Below, piece by piece: positions 16,550-27,169 of a DNA stretch of 32,000 nt (within the stretch, counting starts at the first letter, position 1; the number at the start of each line of letters is the position of its first letter). The position numbers and the translations under genes were made by a program. Under the pieces are notes generated by a model. The model had not been told where the DNA came from. It did not search any database and saw nothing but the letters and a program-made list of their open reading frames with translations. The stretch is from Microcystis aeruginosa NIES-2549 (GTDB lineage Bacteria; Cyanobacteriota; Cyanobacteriia; Cyanobacteriales; Microcystaceae), in the NCBI RefSeq assembly GCF_000981785.2, contig NZ_CP011304.1:570001-602000 (forward strand), read 5' to 3'.

Positions 16550-16700
16550 AAGATAGTCAGCTTTCGATGAGGAAATAGGGAAAAGGTCAAAAAGAGGATC
16601 AAATTTAGATGCACAAAAGCTTAACCAGTTTGGGGTTTAATAGAGGGCAATTTAGGGTAAAATAAAAGCAAGTTAGCAAGATTAACCGAGGGAGTAAATC

Positions 16701-17924
16701 ATGGATTATGATGTAGTAATTATTGGGGGGGGACCGGCGGGAGGTCACTGTGGCAGATTATTAAGTGAAAAAGGTTATCGTGTTCTTTTAGTGGAACAAC
16801 ATTCTAGTTGGCAAGATAATAACTTTTCTAGTGCCGCTTCTCCCCTAGAAATTTTAGAACAATTCAATCTCCCCGAAACCGTAGTGGCTAGGTTTTGGAA
16901 AAATATCGAAATTATCTCCACTAGCATACATCATTTTTGGTCATCAGCGCAACCTTTAGGGGTAGTTTTTGATTTTGCCAAATTGCGAGAGTTTTTAGCG
17001 GCGGAAGTGCTGCGTTGGGGGGGAGAAGTTCGTTTAGGTTGTCGTTATCTGAAATATCAACAGACGGAGGATCAGCTAACTGTTTTCTTGAAATCAAAAG
17101 GCGAGAAAATCGAGACAGTTACTACTCGTTTATTGGTTGATGCTACTGGATACGCTAGAGCAGTTATGTATAAATATAGACGAGAAAAACCTGATTTTTT
17201 AAAGGGTTTAGGAATTGAATATTTAATTGCTGTGCCAGAAGGAGATTATCAAAAATATCAAGATAATTTAGTATTTTTTCTCGGTCATAAATGGAGTCCT
17301 AAAGGTTATGGCTGGATTTTTCCTATGGATAATCAGCAATTAAAAATAGGAGCTGCTTGGTTAGAGGGAGAACATCCTTATATTGATGAAGTTAAGCCTT
17401 TAAAAAGTTATATTACACAAATTATTCAAACCTATATGAATCTCTCTAAATATGATATAATCGACATTCATGGTTCTATTTTAGAATATTCGCTCAATCT
17501 GCAAGATATTTATTATCAAGAACCGAATATTATAGCGATTGGTGATGCGGTTTCTACGGTTAACTTTTTAGGAGGGGAAGGTATTCGCCATGCTATGAAA
17601 GGAGCCGAAATTGCTTGTCAATACATGGAGGAATATTTACAGGGAAAATCGAGTAGTTTTGTCGCTTATCAACAGAGGATGCAAGAATATTTTCAACCAA
17701 AATGGAATTTATCCGATCGCCTCAGTCGCAAAGTTTATTTAAAATATAGTGATGCGCGTATTGATCAAGGATTATCCTATCTCAAGCACCTTTCCACTCA
17801 GGATATAATCGACATTTTATTTTACTACAAATTTGAAAAATACACAAAAGGTTTAGGAGGATTTCTCCTGGGGAAATTACGTCAATGGTGGCGCAGAATT
17901 TTCCCTAGTCAAAAACCTGAGTAA
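16701..17924 (+). CDS. FAD-dependent oxidoreductase, geranylgeranyl-reductase-like family
   Basis: The N-terminal dinucleotide fold is YDVVIIGGGPAGG and a later motif is AIGDAVSTVNFLGGEGI. Confidence 0.8.
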   Translation: MDYDVVIIGGGPAGGHCGRLLSEKGYRVLLVEQHSSWQDNNFSSAASPLEILEQFNLPETVVARFWKNIEIISTSIHHFWSSAQPLGVVFDFAKLREFLAAEVLRWGGEVRLGCRYLKYQQTEDQLTVFLKSKGEKIETVTTRLLVDATGYARAVMYKYRREKPDFLKGLGIEYLIAVPEGDYQKYQDNLVFFLGHKWSPKGYGWIFPMDNQQLKIGAAWLEGEHPYIDEVKPLKSYITQIIQTYMNLSKYDIIDIHGSILEYSLNLQDIYYQEPNIIAIGDAVSTVNFLGGEGIRHAMKGAEIACQYMEEYLQGKSSSFVAYQQRMQEYFQPKWNLSDRLSRKVYLKYSDARIDQGLSYLKHLSTQDIIDILFYYKFEKYTKGLGGFLLGKLRQWWRRIFPSQKPE

Positions 17925-17954
17925 ATAGGCTAGGATAAAGCTAAGGAAACAATA

Positions 17955-19169
17955 TTGGTAAAGACCGTGAGTAAGTTTATTCGCTACAGTACAATGATCA
18001 CTCTGCTGGGCATTTTAGCAGCCTGTAGTGGCAATCCTGCCCTAGAAAATCGTCTGGCTGCCGATCCTAATCTACAAACAAATCCAATATCAGAAAACTC
18101 TCCTAATAACAAGCAATTACCCACAAATTTTCCCGCAGAAATTCCTCGATATAGTCAATCAGAATTATTATCCGTGCAGACAAATCCTGATAATACTGGT
18201 GGACAAACCCGTTGGCAATCCAACGATCCCAGCAATGCGATCGAGGCTTTTTATCAACAGGAATTAGTTAATAATAATTGGGAAATTATTACTCCCTTTT
18301 CTGGGGAGGGAGTCAATAGTACCCTAACGGCCCGTCGAGATAATTTAGAATTAACTATCACCATAACTGCCACTTCTCCCAATACCGAATATAGCCTCGA
18401 TTATCGTCCAACGGGAACCCCGATTGCTTCCCCTAGTCCTTCCCCTATTTCTTCCCCTATTTCTTCCCCTTTACCCAATCTTAATCCCACCAGTTTTAAC
18501 GATCTCGAATCCTTACCTAATCCCTTAAAAAGCCACATTCAAGACTTAGCTAGATTAGGAGTATTAACAGGTAATAACAATCAGTTTAACCCTAATGATA
18601 CAATAACGCGCCGAGAATTTGCTCGCTGGTTGTTACAGGCTAATAATGCCATTTATGCTAATGTAGCGGGTAAACAAATCCGTTTAGCTACTCCCAATAG
18701 TTCCCCAGCTTTTAGTGATGTTAAAAATAACGATCCCGATTATATTTATATTCAAGGATTAGCGGAAGCGGGGTTAATTCCCTCTCCTTTAACGGGAGAT
18801 AGTAGCGCCCTTTTATTTCGTCCCAATGCTCCTTTAACCCGGGAAGATTTAATCGCTTGGAAAGTGCCATTAGATATTAGAAAAGCTTTACCGAGTGCCA
18901 ATCTTGATACGATTAAAAATACTTGGGGTTTTCAGGATACTAATAAAATTAACCCGCAGCTGGTGCGCGCTCTTTATGCCGATTTTCAAAATGCCGAACA
19001 AGCCAATATTCGGCGAGTTTTTGGTTTTACTACCCTATTTCAGCCAAAAAGACCAGTAACTCGCGCTGAAGCTGCCGCTACTTTATGGTATTTTGGTTTT
19101 CAGGGTGATGGTGTTTCTGCTGCCGATGCTTTGCAGGGTCAAGATACGCAACAGAGTGGGGTTAATTGA
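17955..19169 (+). CDS. SLH-domain lipoprotein
   Basis: The signal peptide carries a lipobox (LLGILAAC|SG), followed by a Ser/Pro linker (ASPSPSPISSPISSPLP). SLH-like segments are present (FNDL...LARLGVLTG; FSDV...IQGLAEAGLI). The TTG start at 17955 lies 7 nt after agga; GTG at 17967 is also possible. Confidence 0.7.
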   Translation: MVKTVSKFIRYSTMITLLGILAACSGNPALENRLAADPNLQTNPISENSPNNKQLPTNFPAEIPRYSQSELLSVQTNPDNTGGQTRWQSNDPSNAIEAFYQQELVNNNWEIITPFSGEGVNSTLTARRDNLELTITITATSPNTEYSLDYRPTGTPIASPSPSPISSPISSPLPNLNPTSFNDLESLPNPLKSHIQDLARLGVLTGNNNQFNPNDTITRREFARWLLQANNAIYANVAGKQIRLATPNSSPAFSDVKNNDPDYIYIQGLAEAGLIPSPLTGDSSALLFRPNAPLTREDLIAWKVPLDIRKALPSANLDTIKNTWGFQDTNKINPQLVRALYADFQNAEQANIRRVFGFTTLFQPKRPVTRAEAAATLWYFGFQGDGVSAADALQGQDTQQSGVN

Positions 19170-19352
19170 AATTTGTCCATAAAAATTAAGGGTGTGTTAG
19201 GAAAATACAAGCACTCTTTTTGACATTTCTTCATATCTATTCAGAAAAATTAACAAAGGATTCTTGACCCTGCAGCTAGGGGAATATTTTATCCTAAAGA
19301 TATAACTCTGCTGCAGGGGATTTTCTTGCTGACTTCCGCTGCTATTAAAATT

Positions 19353-21572
19353 ATGACCCATCAAACTCTCAAACTCGCCGGGATGAGTTGCGCTGGTTGT
19401 GCTGATTCGATCGAACGGATAATTAAATCTATCCCCGGAGTGATTCGATGTCAAGTTAATTTTGGCATGGAACAGGTGGATGTGGACTATGATCCCAAGC
19501 GTACCGATCTTAACACTATTCAAGCAAAAGTTAGTGATGCCGGTTTCCAAGCTACACCGATAACAGAAATTAATCTCGAATCCAGGCCAGAAAAAGAACT
19601 TCTCACCAAACTATCGATCGCTATTGTTATTAGTATTATACTTTTTATCGGTTCTTTGCCGATGATGACGGGTTTATCTCTATCTTTTATTCCCCACTGG
19701 TTACACGCTCCCTTATTCCAATTAATTCTCGCTACTCCCGTCCAATTTTGGTGTGGTCAAAGTTTTTATAAAAATGCTTGGAAAGCCTTTAAAAACCGCA
19801 CTGCCACCATGGACACTTTAGTAGTTTTGGGAACCAGTGCCGCCTATTTTTATTCCCTGTTTTTAACCTTCGGGAGCGATTTTATCGAAAAACAGGGGTT
19901 TGATTCCCATGTCTATTACGAAGCATCAGCTATCGTCATTACTCTGATTTTACTCGGTCGTTTCCTCGAAAAACGTGCCAGAAAAGAAACGGCCGCCGCT
20001 ATTAAACAATTAATGGGATTACAGGCAAAAACTGCTAGGGTAATTAGGGAAGAACAGACGCTAGATATACCAATAGAAGAGGTGAAGGTAGGAGATATAA
20101 TTTTAGTGCGTCCGGGAGAAAAAATTCCCGTCGATGGCATAATTATCCAGGGCAGTTCTAGCATTGATGAATCGATGGTGACAGGGGAAAGTTTACCCGT
20201 GCGAAAAACCGTCAATCAACAGGTAATCGGTGCGACAATTAATAAAACCGGTAGCCTACAAATGCAAGCGTTACGGGTGGGAAAAGATACGGTTTTAGCT
20301 CAGATTGTCCAATTAGTACAAACCGCACAAGCATCAAAAGCACCTATACAAAGATTAGTCGATCGAGTGACCGCTTATTTTGTGCCGGTGGTGATGATTA
20401 TTGCGGTAATAACTTTCTTATTTTGGATTCTCCGCACGGGTAATCTCACCCTCGCTTTGATTACAATGGTGGAAGTCCTAATTATCGCTTGTCCCTGTGC
20501 GCTAGGATTAGCTACACCTACCTCGATTATGGTGGGAACAGGACAGGGAGCAAAACAGGGAATTTTAATTAAAAATGCCGAAAGTTTAGAATTAGCCCAT
20601 GGCATCACTACCATTGTCCTCGATAAAACGGGAACTCTCACCCAGGGTAAACCAACGGTGACGGACTTCTTGACTCGCGAGGGGGTGGGGGATGGACGGG
20701 AATTATCGCTGCTGCAGTTAGTCGTATCGGTGGAGAATCATTCTGAACATCCGTTAGGAGAAGCAATAGTTAAATATGGGCGGTTAAACGCCATTAAAAC
20801 CCTAGAAGTAACCGAATTTGACTCAATAACTGGGGCAGGAGTGCAGGGAAAAGTCGGGTCGGATTTCGTGCAAATCGGTACACAACAATGGTTAGAACGT
20901 CAAGGAGTTGAAACAAAAGTTCTTAAAAAAGTCGCCCACGATTGGGAATGGCAGAAAAAAACCGTGGCTTGGATAGCGGTTAACGGGGGTTTAGAGGGGG
21001 TGATCGCCATTTCCGACGTTTTAAAACCTTTTTCTTCCTCAGTGGTCGCCAAGCTCAAAAAAATGGGCTTAGAGGTGATGATGATGACGGGGGACAACCT
21101 CGAAACCGCAGAGGCGATCGCCAGCGAGTTGGGTATCCGGCGCTTTTTTGCCGCACTCCGTCCCCAAGAAAAAGCCGAAAAAATTGAATATTTGCAGAAA
21201 AAAGGGAAAATTGTCGCCATGGTTGGAGATGGCATCAATGATGCGATCGCATTGGCGCAAGCGGACTTAGGTATTGCCATTGGCACAGGGACCGATGTAG
21301 CGATCGCCGCCAGCGATATAACCTTAATTTCGGGAGATTTACAGGGAATTGTGACCGCTATTGAGTTAAGTCGGGCAACAATGCGAAATATCAAAGAAAA
21401 TCTCTTTTTTGCTTTTATTTATAACCTGATTGCCATTCCCATCGCTGCCGGAGTCCTCTATCCTTTTCTGCTCAATCCGATTATTGCCGGCGCTGCCATG
21501 GCTTTAAGTTCCCTTTCCGTGGTGACGAATGCCTTGCGATTGCGTCGAATTCACCCCAGGGTGGGGAGATAA
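19353..21572 (+). CDS. Copper-translocating P1B-type ATPase (PacS/CtaA-like)
   Basis: The N-terminal HMA domain has GMSCAGC. Other motifs are the TM CPC motif ([13 protein letters not shown]), DKTGTLT, SEHPLG and GDGINDA. ATG at 19353 ([16 protein letters not shown]) is preferred over the upstream TTG at 19326. Confidence 0.9.
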   Translation: MTHQTLKLAGMSCAGCADSIERIIKSIPGVIRCQVNFGMEQVDVDYDPKRTDLNTIQAKVSDAGFQATPITEINLESRPEKELLTKLSIAIVISIILFIGSLPMMTGLSLSFIPHWLHAPLFQLILATPVQFWCGQSFYKNAWKAFKNRTATMDTLVVLGTSAAYFYSLFLTFGSDFIEKQGFDSHVYYEASAIVITLILLGRFLEKRARKETAAAIKQLMGLQAKTARVIREEQTLDIPIEEVKVGDIILVRPGEKIPVDGIIIQGSSSIDESMVTGESLPVRKTVNQQVIGATINKTGSLQMQALRVGKDTVLAQIVQLVQTAQASKAPIQRLVDRVTAYFVPVVMIIAVITFLFWILRTGNLTLALITMVEVLIIACPCALGLATPTSIMVGTGQGAKQGILIKNAESLELAHGITTIVLDKTGTLTQGKPTVTDFLTREGVGDGRELSLLQLVVSVENHSEHPLGEAIVKYGRLNAIKTLEVTEFDSITGAGVQGKVGSDFVQIGTQQWLERQGVETKVLKKVAHDWEWQKKTVAWIAVNGGLEGVIAISDVLKPFSSSVVAKLKKMGLEVMMMTGDNLETAEAIASELGIRRFFAALRPQEKAEKIEYLQKKGKIVAMVGDGINDAIALAQADLGIAIGTGTDVAIAASDITLISGDLQGIVTAIELSRATMRNIKENLFFAFIYNLIAIPIAAGVLYPFLLNPIIAGAAMALSSLSVVTNALRLRRIHPRVGR

Positions 21573-21662
21573 TTTTCGTTAACAATTCTTAAGGAAAAAC
21601 CAGAAAAATTAGCTGTACGGGGGATGATACCGTAGAAAAGGCAATAGAATAATCATCCTGAT

Positions 21663-22727
21663 ATGACTGACTCCCCTGAAATACCTTATTTATTACGCGC
21701 TGCCAAAGGAGAAATCTTACCCCGTCCTCCCGTGTGGATGATGAGACAAGCAGGACGTTATATGCAGATTTATCGAGAATTGCGGGATAAATACCCCAGT
21801 TTTCGGGAAAGATCGGAAAATGCCGATTTAGCGATCGAAATCTCCCTGCAACCTTGGCGCGCTTTTCAACCGGATGGGGTGATCATGTTCTCCGATATCC
21901 TCACTCCCTTGGCGGGAATTGGTATTCCCTTTGATATTATCGAAAGTAAGGGGCCGATTATCGATTCTCCCATTCGTACTCAAGCGCAGGTGGACCAACT
22001 TAATCCCCTCGATCCCGATCAGTCTTTACCTTTTATCAAAACGATTTTAAAAACCCTGCGTCAAGAGGTGGGAAATAAATCCACTGTCCTCGGTTTTGTC
22101 GGAGCGCCTTGGACTTTAGCAGCATACGCAGTGGAAGGGAAAGGTTCTAAAAGTTATTCTGTGATTAAAGGGATGGCTTTTTCGGAACCCTCGGTACTGC
22201 ACCAATTTTTAGATAAATTAGCGGATATGATCGCCACTTATGTCCGTTATCAAATCGATTGTGGGGCGCAAGTGGTACAAATGTTCGATTCTTGGGCGGG
22301 TCAATTAACTCCCCAAGATTACGATGTTTTTGCCTTACCCTATCAACAAAAAGTAGTTCGTTTGGTGAAAGAAACCCATCCCGATACACCGTTAATTCTC
22401 TACATTAGTGGCAGTGCCGGCGTTTTGGAAAGAATGGCTCAATCGGGGGTTGATATTGTCAGCGTCGATTGGACCGTCGATATGGCGGAAGCGAGACAGC
22501 GTTTAGGTAAATCGATGATGGTTCAAGGTAATATCGATCCGGGGGTTTTATTCGGTTCCCAGTCCTTTATTCGCGAGCGGATTCTTGATACTATTCGTAA
22601 AGCGGGTAATCAAGGTCATATTCTTAATTTAGGTCATGGTGTTTTGGTGGGAACTCCTGAAGATAACGTGCGTTTCTTCTTTGAAACTGCTAAACAAGCG
22701 GATAAATTATTAGCAGTTCACGCCTAG
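21663..22727 (+). CDS. hemE: Uroporphyrinogen decarboxylase
   Basis: [13 protein letters not shown] and SDILTPL are present over a full length of 354 aa. Confidence 0.95.
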   Translation: MTDSPEIPYLLRAAKGEILPRPPVWMMRQAGRYMQIYRELRDKYPSFRERSENADLAIEISLQPWRAFQPDGVIMFSDILTPLAGIGIPFDIIESKGPIIDSPIRTQAQVDQLNPLDPDQSLPFIKTILKTLRQEVGNKSTVLGFVGAPWTLAAYAVEGKGSKSYSVIKGMAFSEPSVLHQFLDKLADMIATYVRYQIDCGAQVVQMFDSWAGQLTPQDYDVFALPYQQKVVRLVKETHPDTPLILYISGSAGVLERMAQSGVDIVSVDWTVDMAEARQRLGKSMMVQGNIDPGVLFGSQSFIRERILDTIRKAGNQGHILNLGHGVLVGTPEDNVRFFFETAKQADKLLAVHA

Positions 22728-22897
22728 GATGTCGTGATCAAGGTTTAGGGAATAGGGGTTAGGAGGTAAGGAAATCGTCTCTAACACCCAACACCTAAGA
22801 GTGCATCTCATAATTGTAAATCTACTAAGTTGGGATTCTCTGATAACTTCTGTTGAAAAACTGTGCTTTCTAGGTTGTTTGTTTCCAACCCAGACTC

Positions 22898-22972
22898 TTG
22901 GGGGGTTCTACCCCCCAAACCCCCCGTCGGGGGACGAAGCGCCTCCCCCGAACCCCCCGCGCATTAGTTTTT
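22898..22972. repeat. Cluster of G-run/C-run hairpins
   Basis: ttggggggt-tct-accccccaa (22898-22918) and ccccc-gtc-ggggg (22921-22933) are followed by gcgcctcccccgaaccccccgcgc. Confidence 0.7.
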
Positions 22973-23146
22973 TTGTGGGATACTTACACGCAGCTGCTGA
23001 TATATTTGTAATAATTTAAGAGTCACTGACCATTACTCATTTTTGATATTTCTGCAAAGTTTAGATGCACCTCTCCAAAATCCAAACTCTTGATTCCCTT
23101 TTTACTTTCAAACTGTCCCCTAAATTCTGCCGTATCAATTAAAATA

Positions 23147-24094
23147 ATGAAAAAAATATTTCTAACGGGTGTGAGTGGCTGTATTGGGCATTATATCGCT
23201 GAGATTTTACTGGAAAATCCCGACTATGAATTATATTTTTTAGTGCGTAATGCCGAGAAGTTAAAATTTAGTTACGAAGGGCGATCAAATGTTCATATAC
23301 TTTTAGGCGATATGGAAAATATCGAGGTATATGCCGAGCTTTTAAAAACAATGAATATAGCGGTTTTAATCGCTACCAGTTGGGGAGGAGAGGAGGAAAG
23401 TTATCAGATTAATGTGGTAAAAACCCTAGAATTAATTAGTTATTTAGATGCTCAAATCTGCGAGAAAGTCCTCTATTTTTCTACTGCCAGCATTCTCAAT
23501 CAAAATAACCAACTTTTGCCCGAAGCTGGGGAAATAGGAACTAATTATATCCGCACCAAATATATTTGTTATAGCAAATTTACTGACCTAGAAATTGCCG
23601 ATAAAATTATCACTTTATACCCCACTTTTGTCTTAGGTGGTGACGAAAATAAACCCTATTCTCATATCTATGGTGGTTTACCGGATGTGTTGAAATATAT
23701 CGGTTTAGTGCGTTGGTTTCAAGCTGATGGCAGTTTTCATTTTATCCATGCCAAAGATATAGCTCAAGTGGTGAATTATTTAATCGAAAATCCCGCACCA
23801 GAAAGCAAAATTGTCCTAGGCAATCAACGCACAACAGCTAACCAAGCAGTGGAGGAAATCTGTACTTATTTAAACAAAAAAATCTACTTTCGCATTCCTT
23901 TATCTTTAACCATTGCTAACTTTTTTATCAAAGTTTTTAACTTGCAGATGGAAGCATGGGACCGCTTTGCCATGAATTATCGCCACTTCACCCACATTAA
24001 AACCTATACTCCTGACGATTTTGGTTTAAAAAACTATTGTTCCACCCTCGATGATGTTTTAACCTTGCGAGGAATTCCCCGAAAAAAACCCTAA
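23147..24094 (+). CDS. NAD-dependent epimerase/dehydratase (extended SDR) family protein
   Basis: MKKIFLTGVSGCIGHYI is a Rossmann GxxGxxG variant, and YIRTKY is a YxxxK-like motif. ATG at 23147 is preferred over the TTG at 23090. Confidence 0.75.
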   Translation: MKKIFLTGVSGCIGHYIAEILLENPDYELYFLVRNAEKLKFSYEGRSNVHILLGDMENIEVYAELLKTMNIAVLIATSWGGEEESYQINVVKTLELISYLDAQICEKVLYFSTASILNQNNQLLPEAGEIGTNYIRTKYICYSKFTDLEIADKIITLYPTFVLGGDENKPYSHIYGGLPDVLKYIGLVRWFQADGSFHFIHAKDIAQVVNYLIENPAPESKIVLGNQRTTANQAVEEICTYLNKKIYFRIPLSLTIANFFIKVFNLQMEAWDRFAMNYRHFTHIKTYTPDDFGLKNYCSTLDDVLTLRGIPRKKP

Positions 24095-24283
24095 GTAGAG
24101 GGAACAGAAAAATATCGGCTCTCCCAGCTTTGGTGGGTAAAATGTATTCTAAGATACATTTCTCAAGAGCGAGGGGGTGGAACGAACCACAAAGACACAA
24201 AGGACACAAAGATCGATCGATCCTATGTCAATTAAACTTATCACACAGAACCTAGAAGAGCCCAACTCTTAATGCCAAATAGA

Positions 24284-26011
24284 CTAATCTTGAAATTGTC
24301 TAGCATGAAATTGAGCGTAACGACCATTAAGATTTAATAACTCCTCGTGATTACCCACCTCAATAATTTCACCCTTTTCTAAAACTAAAATACGGTTAGC
24401 TTTTCTGACAGTTGCTAATCGGTGAGCAATAACAAATACCGTGCGCTCCGTCATAATTCTTTCTAAAGCTTCCTGCACTAAAGCTTCCGATTCCGAATCG
24501 AGCGCCGAAGTCGCTTCATCTAAGATTAAAATTCTCGGATTAGATAAAACCGCTCGCGCGATGGCGATTCTTTGTCTTTGTCCACCCGATAAATTAACAC
24601 CCCTTTCTCCCACATAGGTATAGTAACCCTGGGAAAGTTCACCGATAAATTGATGAGCGTTGGCGATTTTTGCCGCTTTTTCCACCTCTTGCAGATTAAA
24701 ATCTCCCTGACCAAAAGCGATATTTTGGGCTATAGTACCAGAAAAGAGAATATTTTCCTGTAAAACTACGCCAATTTGTCGCCGGAGACTTTTTAAAGTC
24801 ACATCACGAATATCCACCCCATCGATTAAAATCTTGCCGGCAGTGGGGTCATAAAAACGCAATAAAAGATTAACTAAAGTGGTTTTTCCCGCTCCCGATG
24901 CTCCTACTAAAGCAATCATTTCGCCAGCGTGTGCAGTAAAATTAATATTTTTTAAAACCTGTCTGTCCTCATTGTAAGAAAAATTTACTTGACAATATTC
25001 AACTTCTTTGCTATGGAGTTGCAGATCGATCGCGTTGGGTTTTTCCGTAATTGTTGGCAAAATAGCTAACAATTCAAAAATCCGATCCATGGAGGCTTGA
25101 CCCTGTTTAAATTGATTATAATTACTGGTAATATGGGCGATAGGATCGATTAACATTGCCACCGCTGCCACATAGCTAACAAAGTCAACACCAGTTAAAT
25201 TCTTTTGGGAAATTTGCCAACCCGCAAGGAAGAATAAAAAGATAACTCCCATCGCTTGCAAAAATCCCACCACGACGTATTGTAAAGCTTTGGTGGATTC
25301 TGATAGGTATTGAGCGCGGCGATTTTCCTCCGCTTCTTGGGCAAAAAGCTCGGTTTGATAATCTTCAGCTGCGAAAGCTTGCACCACACGAATACCGCCA
25401 AAAACTTCGGTTAATAACGAAGAAAGATTAGATATTTTCGCCTGAGCGCGACGAGCATATTGTAATAATTTTTCACCAAAAAATCCCACCAAAACTCCTA
25501 ACAAAGGAGCGATAATAATGACAGCGATTGTCAATTGCCAGTTAACAATAAACATATAGGCAAAGACGACAATTAACTGTAAGGCTGAGGGAATAAAATC
25601 ATGGAAAAATTTGTTAATTACTTCCCCAATGCGATCGATATCTTCCGTTAAACGATAGGATAAATCACCGGTTTTTGCCGTTTCAAAGTAATTTAAGCCG
25701 AGGGTTTGCAGGTGTGCATAAACTTTTTTTCTTAATTCCAGGGCAATTTTTAAAGAAGCTTTTGCCATCAGGGAATCTTGCCCATACTGAGACATTCCCC
25801 GCAGCAAAAAAACCACTGCCCCCACCCCCGAAAGTGTGGCCAATGCTTGCACATTTCCCTCACCGATATATCTGGCCATTTGTCCAGCTAACCAAGCTAA
25901 AATCGGCCAAAATACCGTAAATCCGATCGTACAGATGAACGCCAAAATAATTGTTTGGGTTTGGGGACGGAGATAGGGAATGAGGTTCCAATAACTAGAG
26001 CGAGATTTCAA
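24284..26011 (-). CDS. ABC exporter, fused permease/ATPase (MsbA-like)
   Basis: Six N-terminal TM helices are followed by Walker A (GASGAGKTT), the signature LSGGQRQR, Walker B (ILILDEATSALD) and the H-loop (IAHRL). The track start at 26011 is a TTG, so the true start is uncertain. Confidence 0.9.
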   Translation of the reverse strand: MKSRSSYWNLIPYLRPQTQTIILAFICTIGFTVFWPILAWLAGQMARYIGEGNVQALATLSGVGAVVFLLRGMSQYGQDSLMAKASLKIALELRKKVYAHLQTLGLNYFETAKTGDLSYRLTEDIDRIGEVINKFFHDFIPSALQLIVVFAYMFIVNWQLTIAVIIIAPLLGVLVGFFGEKLLQYARRAQAKISNLSSLLTEVFGGIRVVQAFAAEDYQTELFAQEAEENRRAQYLSESTKALQYVVVGFLQAMGVIFLFFLAGWQISQKNLTGVDFVSYVAAVAMLIDPIAHITSNYNQFKQGQASMDRIFELLAILPTITEKPNAIDLQLHSKEVEYCQVNFSYNEDRQVLKNINFTAHAGEMIALVGASGAGKTTLVNLLLRFYDPTAGKILIDGVDIRDVTLKSLRRQIGVVLQENILFSGTIAQNIAFGQGDFNLQEVEKAAKIANAHQFIGELSQGYYTYVGERGVNLSGGQRQRIAIARAVLSNPRILILDEATSALDSESEALVQEALERIMTERTVFVIAHRLATVRKANRILVLEKGEIIEVGNHEELLNLNGRYAQFHARQFQD

Positions 26012-26061
26012 AATAATTTATCGCCTTTAAATATGTAGGTAGGTGTTAAAAACTGTCGGCA

Positions 26062-26091
26062 CCCCCCTTATTAAGGGGGGATTAAGGGGGG
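26062..26091. repeat. C6/G6 hairpin plus direct repeat (attaagggggg x2)
   Basis: cccccctt-att-aagggggg spans 26062-26080, and attaagggggg is repeated at 26081-26091. Confidence 0.7.
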
Positions 26092-26126
26092 ATCAAAGGC
26101 AAAATCTATCTTCTCTTCAATTATAA

Positions 26127-26266
26127 ATACTTACTTATTAAGTAGGTAGGCACAATTATTTGTAGGATGGGTTAGCGGTAGCGTAACCCATGCGGGCGTT
26201 GGGTTTCATGCTTCAACCCAACCTACGTTCATTTTATATTTAATTCCACCCACCTACTTAAGTATT
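26127..26266. repeat. Composite nested palindromic element (outer 14-nt arms enclosing two GGGTT...AACCC hairpins)
   Basis: The outer arms are aatactta[cttatt]aagtagg (26127-26147) and cctacttaagtatt (26253-26266). The inner hairpins are atgggtta/taacccat (26167-26191) and gttgggtt/aacccaac (26198-26222), closed by gtag/ctac. Confidence 0.7.
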
Positions 26267-26293
26267 CCTGCAAAATTAATTTGCTAGTCGAGA

Positions 26294-26324
26294 CAGTTAT
26301 CAGTTATCAGTTATCAGTTATCAG
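26294..26324. repeat. Heptamer array (CAGTTAT x4)
   Basis: Four perfect units lie at 26294-26321, followed by cag. Confidence 0.9.
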
Positions 26325-26374
26325 ATTTAAGTTTTAAGTGAGCAGTATTAAATAGAAGTTTCCTACTGTCTTTT

Positions 26375-26411
26375 CACTGTTTACTGTTTACTGTTTACTG
26401 ATCACTGTTTA
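26375..26411. repeat. Heptamer array (CTGTTTA x3, CTGATCA, CTGTTTA), inverted relative to 26294-26324
   Basis: The sequence reads cactgtttactgtttactgtttactgatcactgttta. Confidence 0.9.
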
Positions 26412-26571
26412 GACAGTCTTGCACTTTAGCCAGAGATCTAATTAACTTTGCTTAGGTACTGAAAAAAAGGAGATTGACTAACAAATTGGCTTAAGGGGTT
26501 AATCGGGGAGTAGAGACGTTTTTAGTCCACGTCCCTACGATGTTTTTCAATAATACAAAGTTATGATGCGA

Positions 26572-27126
26572 TTAAACCGCCACAGCTTGATGAATGTAGC
26601 CTAATTCCGTCAATTTGTTCCAGACTTTGGCGACACTTTCCTCTAAAGTCTCTAAATCGGTGCGGCATTCCACTTCTGGGTTAAAAGGTGGTTCATAGGG
26701 ATCATCAATTCCCGTAAAAGACTTGATTTCGCCAGCACGCGCTCTTTTATATAATCCTTTCACATCGCGCTCCTCACAGACGCTTAAGGGAGCATTCACG
26801 AAAACTTCGACAAAACTGCCAATTTTACCCCTTACTTCCTCGCGAATCTCACGATAGGGAGAAATAGCTGAAACTAGGACAATCACACCGTGACGGGTGA
26901 GCAAATTAGACACAAAACCAATGCGACGGATATTTTCATCGCGATCCTCTTTACTAAATCCTAAACCTTTGGTTAGGTTCGTCCGTACTATATCGCCATC
27001 GAGAACTTCAATGGAATAGCCTTCAGCGATTAATTTTGCCTCTAATGCCTCGGTAATCGTGCTTTTCCCCGCACCGCTCAATCCCGTTAACCAAACCGTC
27101 ACGCCGCGCTGTTTCATAGCAATCAT
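26572..27126 (-). CDS. cysC: Adenylylsulfate (APS) kinase
   Basis: [21 protein letters not shown] and the SPY motif (ISPYREIR) are present. 184 aa. Confidence 0.92.
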   Translation of the reverse strand: MIAMKQRGVTVWLTGLSGAGKSTITEALEAKLIAEGYSIEVLDGDIVRTNLTKGLGFSKEDRDENIRRIGFVSNLLTRHGVIVLVSAISPYREIREEVRGKIGSFVEVFVNAPLSVCEERDVKGLYKRARAGEIKSFTGIDDPYEPPFNPEVECRTDLETLEESVAKVWNKLTELGYIHQAVAV

Positions 27127-27169
27127 TAATAATACTTAAATCCTGTTTAGCGTACCATATCTCAGGGAT

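Noticed and set aside
19197-19550. I considered the 117-aa minus-strand ORF overlapping the ATPase 5' end. I also considered the many antisense ORFs inside cphA, the ATPase, the ABC exporter and slt.
   Set aside because: All lie antisense within strongly supported CDSs and have odd compositions rich in Ser, Pro and Arg. They are typical shadow ORFs.
22801-23019. I considered the 72-aa ORF (..GGFYPPNPPSGDEAPPPNPP..).
   Set aside because: It is a translation artefact of the G-run/C-run hairpin cluster.
22798-23074. I considered a MITE bounded by inverted repeats agagtgcatct (22798-22808) and agatgcac(c)tct (23063-23074).
   Set aside because: Only 8 contiguous matching bases are present, plus a gapped extension. 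By rough estimate, matches of this length within 300 nt are expected by chance many times in 32 kb. No target-site duplication is seen.
23997-24209. I considered the 70-aa minus-strand ORF overlapping the epimerase 3' end.
   Set aside because: It runs through a cacaaag-type repeat (24189-24211) and an AT hairpin, overlaps a well-supported CDS, and has no independent support.
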